Shown: piece after piece, positions 51,801 through 64,000 of the stretch | How the letters are laid out: the number at the start of each line of letters is the position of its first letter | Position numbering within the stretch: position 1 is the stretch's first letter | Source: Tubulanus polymorphus | Lineage: Eukaryota; Animalia; Nemertea | Assembly (NCBI RefSeq): GCF_964204645.1 | Contig: NC_134033.1 | Coordinates: 1-64,000 of the forward strand | Length of the DNA: 64,000 nt | Direction of reading: 5' to 3' | The notes under the pieces: model-generated | Told to the model about the DNA's origin: nothing | Databases searched by the model: none | Seen by the model: the letters and a program-made list of their open reading frames with translations, nothing else | Translations under genes and position numbers: made by a program

Positions 51801-54800
51801 TCTTTAGAACCAAGAGCAGCCAGAAAATTCTGTTTCTTTCCACCTATCTATTTGAAATCAGTTCAATACGCCTTTACTCATCTTTTCAGATTGAATCCAT
51901 CAATTTCAGAAGCATAAGTAGCAAGAAAATTCTGAATCTTTCCACCTATCTATTTGAAATCAGTTCAATACGCCTTAACCCATCTTTTCACATTGAATCC
52001 ATCATCTTCAGAACCAAAAGCAGCCAGAAAATTCTTATTCTTTCCACCTATTTATTTTAAATCAGTTCAATAAGCCTTAACCCATCTTTTCAGATTGAAT
52101 CCATCATCTTTAGAACCAAAAGCAGCCAGAAAATTCTGTTTCTTTCCACCTATCTATTTGAAATCAGTTCAATACGCCTTTACTCATCTTTTCAGATTGA
52201 ATCCATCAATTTCAGAAGCATAAGTAGCAAGAAAATTCTGAATCTTTCCACCTATCTATTTGAAATCAGTTCAATACGCCTTAACCCATCTTTTCAGATT
52301 GAATCCATCATCTTCAGAACCGAAAGCAGCCAGAAAATTCTGATTCTTTCCACCTATCTATTTTAAATCAGTTCAATGCGCCTTAACCCATCTTTTCAGA
52401 CTGAATCCATCATCTTCAGAACCGAAAGCAGCTAGAAAATTCTTATTCTTTCCACCTATTTATTTGAAATCAGTTCAATGCGCCTTAACCCATCTTTTCA
52501 GATTGAATCCATCATCTTCAGAACCAAAAGCAGCCAGAAAATTCTTATTCTTTCCACCTATTTATTTTAAATCAGTTCAATAAGCCTTAACCCATCTTTT
52601 CAGATTGAATCCATCATCTTTAGAACCAAAAGCAGCCAGAAAATTCTGAATCTTTCCACCTATCTATTTGAAATCAGTTCAATGCGCCTTAACCCATCTT
52701 TTCACATTGATCCATCATCTTTAGAAGCAAAAGCAGCCAGAAAATTCTGAATCTTTCCACCTATCTATTTGAAATCAGTTCAATACGCCTTAACCCATCT
52801 TTTCAGATTGAATCCATCATCTTCAGAACCAAAAGCAGCCAGAAAATTCTTATTCTTTCCACCTATTTATTTGAAATCAGTTCAATGCGCCTTAACCCAT
52901 CTTTTCAGATTGAATCCATCATCTTCAGAACCAAAAGCAGCCAGAAAATTCTTATTCTTTCCACCTATTTATTTGAAATCAGTTCAATAAGCCTTAACCC
53001 ATCTTTTCACATTGATCCATCATCTTTAGAAACAAAAGCAGCCAGAAAATTCTGTTTCTTTCCACCTATCTATTTGAAATCAGTTCAATACGCCCTAACC
53101 CATCGTTTCAGATTGAATCCATCATCTTCAGAACCAAAAGAAGCCAGAAAATTCTGATTCTTTCCACCTATCTATTTGAAATCATTTCAATACGCCTTAA
53201 CCCATCTTTTCACATTGATCCATCATCTTTAGAAACAAAAGCAGCCAGAAAATTCTGTTTCTTTCCACCTATCTATTTGAAATCAGTTCAATACGCCTTA
53301 ACCCATCTTTTCAGATTGAATCCATCAACTTCAGAAGCATAAGTAGTCAGAAAATTCTTAATCTTTTAACCAATCTATTAAAAATCAGTTCTGTACATCC
53401 TAACCCATCAATTAAGATAGAATTCATCATCTTTAGAACCATATTTAGCTAGAAAAATCTGTATCTTTCAACCCATCTACTCGAAATCAGTTCAGTTTAC
53501 CTTATCCTATCATTTCAGATCGAGTCTATCATCTTCAGAACCAAAAGCAGCCAGAAAATTCTGATTCTTTCAACCTATCTATTTGAAATCAGTTCAATAC
53601 GCCTTTCCTCATCTTTTCAGATTGAATCCATCAATTTCAGAAGCATAAGTAGCAAGAAAATTCTGAATCTTTCCACCTATCTATTTGAAATCAGTTCAAT
53701 ACGCCTTAACCCATCTTTTCACATTGAATCCATCATCTTCAGAACCAAAAGCAGCCAGAAAATTCTTATTCTTTCCACCTATTTATTTTAAATCAGTTCA
53801 ATAAGCCTTAACCCATCTTTTCAGATTGAATCCATCATCTTTAGAACCAAAAGCAGCCAGAAAATTCTGTTTCTTTCCACCTATCTATTTGAAATCAGTT
53901 CAATACGCCTTAACCCATCTTTTCACATTGATCCATCATCTTTAGAAACAAAAGCAGCCTGAAAATTCGGTTTCTTTCCACCTATCTATTTGAAATCAGT
54001 TCAATACGCCCTAACCCATCTTTTTAGATTGAATCCATCATCTTCAGAACCAAAAGCAGCCAGAAAATTCTGATTCTTTCCACCTATCTATTTTAAATCA
54101 GTTCAATAAGCCTTAACCCATCTTTTCAGATTGAATCCATCATCTTTAGAACCAAAAGCAGCCAGAAAAGTCTGTTTCTTTCCACCTATCTATTTGAAAT
54201 CAGTTCAATACGCCTTTACTCATCTTTTCAGATTGAATCCATCATCTTTAGAACCAAGAGCAGCCAGAAAATTCTGTTTCTTTCCACCTATCTATTTGAA
54301 ATCAGTTCAATGCGCCTTAACCCATCTTTTCAGATTGATTCCATCACCTTCAGAACCAAAAGCAGCCAGAAAATTCTTATTCTTTCCACCTATTTATTTT
54401 AAATCAGTTCAATAAGCCTTAACCCATCTTTTCAGATTGAATCCATCATCATCTTTAAAACCAAAAGCAGCCAGAAAATTCTGTTTCTTTCCACCTATCT
54501 ATTTGAAATCAGTTCAATACGCCTTTACTCATCTTTTCAGATTGAATCCATCAATTTCAGAAGCATAAGTAGCAAGAAAATTCTGAATCTTTCCACCTAT
54601 CTATTTGAAATCAGTTCAATACGCCTTAACCCATCTTTTCAGATTGAATCCATCATCTTCAGAACCGAAAGCAGCCAGAAAATTCTGATTCTTTCCACCT
54701 ATCTATTTTAAATCAGTTCAATGCGCCTTAACCCATCTTTTCAGACTGAATCCATCATCTTCAGAACCGAAAGCAGCTAGAAAATTCTTATTCTTTCCAC

Positions 54801-57800
54801 CTATTTATTTGAAATCAGTTCAATGCGCCTTAACCCATCTTTTCAGATTGAATCCATCATCTTTAGAACCATATTTAGCTAGAAAAATATGTATCTTTCA
54901 ACCCATCTACTCGAAATAAGTTCAGTTTACCTTATCCTATCATTTCAGATCGAGTCTATCATCTTCAGAACCAAATGCAGCCAGAAAATTCTGAATCTTT
55001 CCACCTATCTATTTGAAATCAGTTCAATACGCCTTAACCCATCTTTTCACATTGATCCATCATCTTTAGAAACAAAAGCAGCCAGAAAATTCTGTTTCTT
55101 TCCACCTATCTATTTGAAATCAGTTCAATACGACTTAACCCATCTTTTCCGATTGAATCCATCATCTTCAGAACCAAAAGCAGCCAGAAAATTCTTATTC
55201 TTTCCACCTATTTATTTTAAATCAGTTCAATAAGCCTTAACCCATCTTTTCAGATTGAATCCATCATCATCTTTAAAACCAAAAGCAGCCAGAAAATTCT
55301 GTTTCTTTCCACCTATCTATTTGAAATCAGTTCAATACGCCTTTACTCATCTTTTCAGATTGAATCCATCAATTTCAGAAGCATAAGTAGCAAGAAAATT
55401 CTGAATCTTTCCACCTATCTATTTGAAATCAGTTCAATACGCCTTAACCCATCTTTTCAGATTAAATCCATCATCTTCAGAACCGAAAGCAGCCAGAAAA
55501 TTCTGATTCTTTCCACCTATCTATTTTAAATCAGTTCAATGCGCCTTAACCCATCTTTTCAGATTGAATCCATCATCTTCAGAACCAAAAGCAGCCAGAA
55601 AATTCTTATTCTTTCCACCTATTTATTTTAAATCAGTTCCATAAGCCTTAACCCATCTTTTCAGATTGAATCCATCATCTTTAGAACCAAAAGCAGCCAG
55701 AAAATTCTGTTTCTTTCCACCTATCTACTTGAAATCAGTTCAATACACCCAAACCCATCAATTAAGATAGAATTCATCATCTTTAGAACCATATTTAGCT
55801 AGAAAAATCTGTATCTTTCAACCCATCTACTCGAAATAAGTTCAGCTTACCTTATCCTATCATTTCAGATCGAGTCTATCATCTTCAGAACCAAACGCAG
55901 CCAGAAAATTCTGATTCTTTCAACCTATCTATTTGAAATCAGTTCAATACGCCTTTCCTTATCTTTTCAGATTGAATCCATCAATTTCAGAAGCATAAGT
56001 AGCAAGAAAATTCTGAATCTTTCCACCTATCTATTTGAAATCAGTTCAATACGCCTTAACCCATCTTTTCAGATTAAATCCATCATCTTCAGAACCGAAA
56101 GCAGCCAGAAAATTCTGATTCTTTCCACCTATCTATTTTAAATCAGTTCAATGCGCCTTAACCCATCTTTTCAGATTGAATCCATCATCTTCAGAACCAA
56201 AAGCAGCCAGAAAATTCTTATTCTTTCCACCTATTTATTTTAAATCAGTTCCATAAGCCTTAACCCATCTTTTCAGATTGAATCCATCATCTTTAGAACC
56301 AAAAGCAGCCAGAAAATTCTGTTTCTTTCCACCTATCTACTTGAAATCAGTTCAATACACCCAAACCCATCAATTAAGATAGAATTCATCATCTTTAGAA
56401 CCATATTTAGCTAGAAAAATCTGTATCTTTCAACCCATCTACTCGAAATAAGTTCAGCTTACCTTATCCTATCATTTCAGATCGAGTCTATCATCTTCAG
56501 AACCAAACGCAGCCAGAAAATTCTGATTCTTTCAACCTATCTATTTGAAATCAGTTCAATACGCCTTTCCTTATCTTTTCAGATTGAATCCATCAATTTC
56601 AGAAGCATAAGTAGCAAGAAAATTCTGAATCTTTCCACCTATCTATTTGAAATCAGTTCAATACGCCTTAACCCATCTTTTCAGATTGAATCCATCATCT
56701 TCAGAACCAAAAGCAGCCAGAAAATTCTGTTTCTTTCCACCTACCTATTTGAAATCAGTTCAATACGCCTTAACCCACCTTTTCACATTGATCCATCATC
56801 TTTAGAAACAAAAGCAGCCAGAAAATTCTGTTTCTTTCCACCTATCTATTTGAAATCAGTTCAATACGCCCTAACCCATCTTTTCAGATTGAATCCATCA
56901 TCTTCAGAACCAAAAGCAGCCAGAAAATTCTGATTCTTTCCACCTATCTATTTTAAAACAGTTCAATAAGCCTTAACCCATCTTTTCAGATTGAATCCAT
57001 CATCTTTAGAACCAAAAGCAGCCAGAAAAGGCTGTTTCTTTCCACCTATCTATTTGAAATCAGTTCAATACGCCTTTACTCATCTTTTCAGATTGATCCA
57101 TCATCTTTAGAAACAAAAGCAGCCTGAAAATTCGGTTTCTTTCCACCTATCTATTTGAAATCAGTTCAATACGCCCTAACCCATCTTTTTAGATTGAATC
57201 CATCATCTTCAGAACCAAAAGCAGCCAGAAAATTCTGATTCTTTCCACCTATCTATTTGAAATCAGTTCAATACGCCTTAACCCATCTTTTCACATTGAT
57301 CCATCATCTTTAGAAACAAAAGCAGCCTGAAAATTCGGTTTCTTTCCACCTATCTATTTGAAATCAGTTCAATACGCCCTAACCCATCTTTTTAGATTGA
57401 ATCCATCATCTTCAGAACCAAAAGCAGCCAGAAAATTCTGATTCTTTCCACCTATCTATTTTAAATCAGTTCAATGCGCCTTAACCCATCTTTTCAGATT
57501 GAATCCATCATCTTCAGAACCAAAAGCAGCCAGAAAATTCTTATTCTTTCCACCTATTTATTTTAAATCAGTTCCATAAGCCTTAACCCATCTTTTCAGA
57601 TTGAATCCATCATCTTTAGAACCAAAAGCAGCCAGAAAATTCTGTTTCTTTCCACCTATCTACTTGAAATCAGTTCAATACACCCAAACCCATCAATTAA
57701 GATAGAATTCATCATCTTTAGAACCATATTTAGCTAGAAAAATCTGCATCTTTCAACCCATCTACTCGAAATAAGTTCAGCTTACCTTATCCTATCATTT

Positions 57801-60800
57801 CAGATCGAGTCTATCATCTTCAGAACCAAACGCAGCCAGAAAATTCTGATTTTTTCAACCTATCTATTTGAAATCAGTTCAATACGCCTTAACCCATCTT
57901 TTCAGATTGAATCCATCATCTTCAGAACCAAAAGCAGCCAGAAAATTCTGTTTCTTTCCACCTACCTATTTGAAATCAGTTCAATACGCCTTAACCCATC
58001 TTTTCAGATTGAATCCATCATCTTCAGAACCAAAAGCAGCCAGAAAATTCTGTTTCTTTCCACCTATCTATTTGAAATCAGTTCAATACGCCTTTACTCA
58101 TCTTTTCAGATTGAATCCATCAATTTCAGAAGCATAAGTAGCAAGAAAATTCTGAATCTTTCCACCTATCTATTTGAAATCAGTTCAATACGCCTTAACC
58201 CATCTTTTCAGATTGAATCCATCATCTTCAGAACCAAAAGCAGCCAGAAAATTCTGTTTCTTTCCACCTACCTATTTGAAATCAGTTCAATACGCCTTAA
58301 CCCACCTTTTCACATTGATCCATCATCTTTAGAAACAAAAGCAGCCAGAAAATTCTGTTTCTTTCCACCTATCTATTTGAAATCAGTTCAATACGCCTTT
58401 ACTCATCTTTTCAGATTGAATCCATCATCTTCAGAACCAAAAGCAGCCAGAAAATTCTTATTATTTCCACCTATTTATTTTAAATCAGTTCAATAAGCCT
58501 TTACTCATCTTTTCAGATTGAATCCATCAATTTCAGAAGCATAAGTAGCAAGAAAATTCTGAATCTTTCCACCTATCTATTTGAAATCAGTTCAATACGC
58601 CTTAACCCATCTTTTCAGATTGAATCCATCATCTTCAGAACCGAAAGCAGCCAGAAAATTCTGATTCTTTCCACCTATCTATTTTAAATCAGTTCAATGC
58701 GCCTTAACCCATCTTTTCAGATTGAATCCATCATCTTCAGAACCGAAAGCAGCCAGAAAATTCTTATTCTTTCCACCTATTTATTTTAAATCAGTTCAAT
58801 AAGCCTTAACCCATCTTTTCAGATTGAATCCATCATCTTTAGAACCAAAAGCAGCCAGAAAATTCTGTTTCTTTCCACCTATCTATTTGAAATCAGTTCA
58901 ATACGCCTTAACCCATCTTTTCACATTGATCCATCATCTTTAGAAACAAAAGCAGCCAGAAAATTCTGATTCTTTCCACCTATCTATTTGAAATCAGTTC
59001 AATACGACTTAACCCATCTTTTCAGATTGAATCCATCATCTTCAGAACCAAAAGCAGCCAGAAAATTCTGATTCTTTCCACCTATCGATTTTAAATCAGT
59101 TCAATAAGCCTTAACCCATCTTTTCAGATTGAATCCATCATGTTTAGAACCAAAAGCAGCCAGAAAATTCTGTTTCTTTCCACCTATTTATTTTAAATCA
59201 GTTCAATAAGCCTTAACCCATCTTTTCAGATTGAATCCATCATCTTTAGAACCAAAAGCAGCCAGAAAATTCTGTTTCTTTCCACCTATCTATTTGAAAT
59301 CAGTTCAATACGCCTTTACTCATCTTTTCAGATTGAATCCATCAATTTCAGAAGCATAAGTAGCAAGAAAATTCTGAATCTTTCCACCTATCTATTTGAA
59401 ATCAGTTCAATACGCCTTAACCCATCTTTTCAGATTGAATCCATCATCTTCAGAACCGAAAGCAGCCAGAAAATTCTGATTCTTTCCACCTATCTATTTT
59501 AAATCAGTTCAATGCGCCTTAACCCATCTTTTCAGACTGAATCCATCATCTTCAGAACCGAAAGCAGCTAGAAAATTCTTATTCTTTCCACCTATTTATT
59601 TGAAATCAGTTCAATGCGCCTTAACCCATCTTTTCAGATTGAATCCATCATCTTCAGAACCAAAAGCAGCCAGAAAATTCTTATTCTTTCCACCTATTTA
59701 TTTTAAATCAGTTCAATAAGCCTTAACCCATCTTTTCAGATTGAATCCATCATCTTTAGAACCAAAAGCAGCCAGAAAATTCTGAATCTTTCCACCTATC
59801 TATTTGAAATCAGTTCAATGCGCCTTAACCCATCTTTTCACATTGATCCATCATCTTTAGAAGCAAAAGCAGCCAGAAAATTCTGAATCTTTCCACCTAT
59901 CTATTTGAAATCAGTTCAATACGCCTTAACCCATCTTTTCAGATTGAATCCATCATCTTCAGAACCAAAAGCAGCCAGAAAATTCTTATTCTTTCCACCT
60001 ATTTATTTGAAATCAGTTCAATGCGCCTTAACCCATCTTTTCAGATTGAATCCATCATCTTCAGAACCAAAAGCAGCCAGAAAATTCTTATTCTTTCCAC
60101 CTATTTATTTGAAATCAGTTCAATAAGCCTTAACCCATCTTTTCACATTGATCCATCATCTTTAGAAACAAAAGCAGCCAGAAAATTCTGTTTCTTTCCA
60201 CCTATCTATTTGAAATCAGTTCAATACGCCCTAACCCATCGTTTCAGATTGAATCCATCATCTTCAGAACCAAAAGAAGCCAGAAAATTCTGATTCTTTC
60301 CACCTATCTATTTGAAATCATTTCAATACGCCTTAACCCATCTTTTCACATTGATCCATCATCTTTAGAAACAAAAGCAGCCAGAAAATTCTGTTTCTTT
60401 CCACCTATCTATTTGAAATCAGTTCAATACGCCTTAACCCATCTTTTCAGATTGAATCCATCAACTTCAGAAGCATAAGTAGTCAGAAAATTCTTAATCT
60501 TTTAACCAATCTATTAAAAATCAGTTCTGTACATCCTAACCCATCAATTAAGATAGAATTCATCATCTTTAGAACCATATTTAGCTAGAAAAATCTGTAT
60601 CTTTCAACCCATCTACTCGAAATCAGTTCAGTTTACCTTATCCTATCATTTCAGATCGAGTCTATCATCTTCAGAACCAAAAGCAGCCAGAAAATTCTGA
60701 TTCTTTCAACCTATCTATTTGAAATCAGTTCAATACGCCTTTCCTCATCTTTTCAGATTGAATCCATCAATTTCAGAAGCATAAGTAGCAAGAAAATTCT

Positions 60801-63800
60801 GAATCTTTCCACCTATCTATTTGAAATCAGTTCAATACGCCTTAACCCATCTTTTCACATTGAATCCATCATCTTCAGAACCAAAAGCAGCCAGAAAATT
60901 CTTATTCTTTCCACCTATTTATTTTAAATCAGTTCAATAAGCCTTAACCCATCTTTTCAGATTGAATCCATCATCTTTAGAACCAAAAGCAGCCAGAAAA
61001 TTCTGTTTCTTTCCACCTATCTATTTGAAATCAGTTCAATACGCCTTAACCCATCTTTTCACATTGATCCATCATCTTTAGAAACAAAAGCAGCCTGAAA
61101 ATTCGGTTTCTTTCCACCTATCTATTTGAAATCAGTTCAATACGCCCTAACCCATCTTTTTAGATTGAATCCATCATCTTCAGAACCAAAAGCAGCCAGA
61201 AAATTCTGATTCTTTCCACCTATCTATTTTAAATCAGTTCAATAAGCCTTAACCCATCTTTTCAGATTGAATCCATCATCTTTAGAACCAAAAGCAGCCA
61301 GAAAATTCTGTTTCTTTCCACCTATCTATTTGAAATCAGTTCAATACGCCTTTACTCATCTTTTCAGATTGAATCCATCATCTTTAGAACCAAGAGCAGC
61401 CAGAAAATTCTGTTTCTTTCCACCTATCTATTTGAAATCAGTTCAATGCGCCTTAACCCATCTTTTCAGATTGATTCCATCACCTTCAGAACCAAAAGCA
61501 GCCAGAAAATTCTTATTCTTTCCACCTATTTATTTTAAATCAGTTCAATAAGCCTTAACCCATCTTTTCAGATTGAATCCATCATCATCTTTAAAACCAA
61601 AAGCAGCCAGAAAATTCTGTTTCTTTCCACCTATCTATTTGAAATCAGTTCAATACGCCTTTACTCATCTTTTCAGATTGAATCCATCAATTTCAGAAGC
61701 ATAAGTAGCAAGAAAATTCTGAATCTTTCCACCTATCTATTTGAAATCAGTTCAATACGCCTTAACCCATCTTTTCAGATTGAATCCATCATCTTCAGAA
61801 CCGAAAGCAGCCAGAAAATTCTGATTCTTTCCACCTATCTATTTTAAATCAGTTCAATGCGCCTTAACCCATCTTTTCAGACTGAATCCATCATCTTCAG
61901 AACCGAAAGCAGCTAGAAAATTCTTATTCTTTCCACCTATTTATTTGAAATCAGTTCAATGCGCCTTAACCCATCTTTTCAGATTGAATCCATCATCTTT
62001 AGAACCATATTTAGCTAGAAAAATCTGTATCTTTCAACCCATCTACTCGAAATAAGTTCAGTTTACCTTATCCTATCATTTCAGATCGAGTCTATCATCT
62101 TCAGAACCAAATGCAGCCAGAAAATTCTGAATCTTTCCACCTATCTATTTGAAATCAGTTCAATACGCCTTAACCCATCTTTTCACATTGATCCATCATC
62201 TTTAGAAACAAAAGCAGCCAGAAAATTCTGTTTCTTTCCACCTATCTATTTGAAATCAGTTCAATACGACTTAACCCATCTTTTCCGATTGAATCCATCA
62301 TCTTCAGAACCAAAAGCAGCCAGAAAATTCTGATTCTTTCCACCTATCGATTTTAAATCAGTTCAATAAGCCTTAACCCATCTTTTCAGATTGAATCCAT
62401 CATGTTTAGAACCAAAAGCAGCCAGAAAATTCTGTTTCTTTCCACCTATTTATTTTAAATCAGTTCAATAAGCCTTAACCCATCTTTTCAGATTGAATCC
62501 ATCATCTTCAGAACCAAAAGCAGCCAGAAAATTCTGATTCTTTCCACCTATCTATTTTAAATCAGTTCAATACGCCTTTACTCATCTTTTCAGATTGAAT
62601 CCATCATCTTCAGAACCAAAAGCAGCCAGAAAATTCTTACTCTTTCCACCTATCTATTTGATATCAGTTCAATACACCCAAACCCATCAATTAAGATAGA
62701 ATTCATCATCTTTAGAACCATATTTAGCTAGAAAAATCTGTATCTTTCAACCCATCTATTCGAAATCAGTTCAGTTTACCTTATCCTATCATTTCAGATC
62801 GAGTCTATCATCTTCAGAACCAAAAGCAGCCAGAAAATTCTGATTCTTTCAACCTATCTATTTGAAATCAGTTCAATACGCCTTTACTCATCTTTTCAGA
62901 TTGAATCCATCATCTTTAGAACCAAAAGCAGCCAGAAAATTCTGTTTCTTTCCACCTATCTATTTGAAATCAGTTCAATAAGCCTTTACTCATCTTTTCA
63001 GATTGAATCCATCATCTTTAGAACCAAAAGCAGCCAGAAAAGTCTGTTTCTTTCCACCTATCTATTTGAAATCAGTTCAATACGCCTTTACTCATCTTTT
63101 CAGATTGAATCCATCATCTTTAGAACCAAAAGCAGCCAGAAAATTCTGTTTGTTTCCACCTATCTATTTGAAATCAGTTCAATACACCCAAACCCATCAA
63201 TTAAGATAGAATTCATCATCTTTAGAACCATATTTAGCTAGAAAAATCTGTATCTTTCAACCCATCTACTCGAAATAAGTTCAGTTTACCTTAACCTATC
63301 ATTTCGGATCGAGTCTATCATCTTCAGAACCAAATGCAGCCAGCAAATTCTGATTCTTTCCACCTATCTATTTTAAATCAGTTCAATGCGCCTTAACCCA
63401 TCTTTTCAGATTGAATCCATCATCTTCAGAACCAAAAGCAGCCAGAAAATTCTTATTCTTTCCACCTATTTATTTGAAATCAGTTCAATAAGCCTTAACC
63501 CATCTTTTCAGATTGAATCCATCATCTTCAGAACCGAAAGCAGCCAGAAAATTCTGATTCTTTCCACCTATCTATTTTAAATCAGTTCAATGCGCCTTAA
63601 CCCATCTTTTCAGATTGAATCCATCATCTTCAGAACCGAAAGCAGCCAGAAAATTCTTATTCTTTCCACCTATTTATTTTAAATCAGTTCAATAAGCCTT
63701 AACCCATCTTTTCAGATTGAATCCATCATCTTTAGAACCAAAAGCAGCCAGAAAATTCTGTTTCTTTCCACCTATCTATTTGAAATCAGTTCAATAAGCC

Positions 63801-64000
63801 TTTACTCATCTTTTCAGATTGAATCCATCATCTTTAGAACCAAAAGCAGCCAGAAAAGTCTGTTTCTTTCCACCTATCTATTTGAAATCAGTTCAATACG
63901 CCTTTACTCATCTTTTCAGATTGAATCCATCATCTTTAGAACCAAGAGCAGCCAGAAAATTCTGTTTCTTTCCACCTATCTATTTGAAATCAGTTCAATA
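6851..64000 (+). repeat. 102-bp satellite array (about 560 head-to-tail monomers, runs off the window) with variable higher-order repeats
   Basis: Consensus CCTTAACCCATCTTTTCAGATTGAATCCATCATCTTYAGAACCAAAAGCAGCCAGAAAATTCTGWTTCTTTCCACCTATCTATTTKAAATCAGTTCAATACG. Length variants of 101, 103 and 105 bp; about 36% GC. No inversion or foreign insert was seen. Confidence 0.99.

Noticed and set aside
6851-64000. Satellite as a 34-codon repeat protein (TPR-length unit; frame LNPSFQIESIIFRTKSSQKILILSTYLFEISSIR), possibly with TAA/TAG read as Gln
   Set aside because: A run of synonymous changes (CAG ATT GAA TCC to CAG ATC GAG TCT) was suggestive. However, a hand count for the diverged cassette gave about 10/10/12 changes at codon positions 1/2/3, so there is no codon bias. 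The 101- and 103-bp monomers shift frame often and there is no TPR consensus. All ORFs from 7277 onward are treated as spurious.
6851-64000. CRISPR-like or cassette array with variable spacers
   Set aside because: Variable segments are point variants of one monomer, not unique spacers. There are no cas genes and the context is eukaryotic.

Overview
Eukaryotic, probably invertebrate metazoan, chromosome-end-like region (inferred from TTAGGG repeats together with BEL/Pao and Polinton-type remnants). No intact host protein gene is supported. In order: 180 bp of non-telomeric sequence; about 1.7 kb of (CCCTAA)n; a minus-strand tRNA-headed SINE-like unit whose 21-bp tandem tail merges into the telomeric repeats; one orphan satellite monomer cut by a decayed BEL/Pao LTR retrotransposon (LTR, PBS, gag and protease fragments); a frameshifted, truncated Polinton/Maverick-type protein-primed PolB with zinc fingers and an endonuclease VII-like insert; and from about 6851 to the window end an uninterrupted 102-bp satellite of about 560 monomers. 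Two observations stand out. First, bases 1-140 look like an inverted, diverged copy of the SINE-like body on the other side of the telomeric array, so related elements bracket the repeats tail-to-tail. Second, satellite variants are arranged in nested symmetric layers, and most monomers carry a telomere-like CCYTAACCC motif in telomere polarity. All alignments and counts were done by eye.
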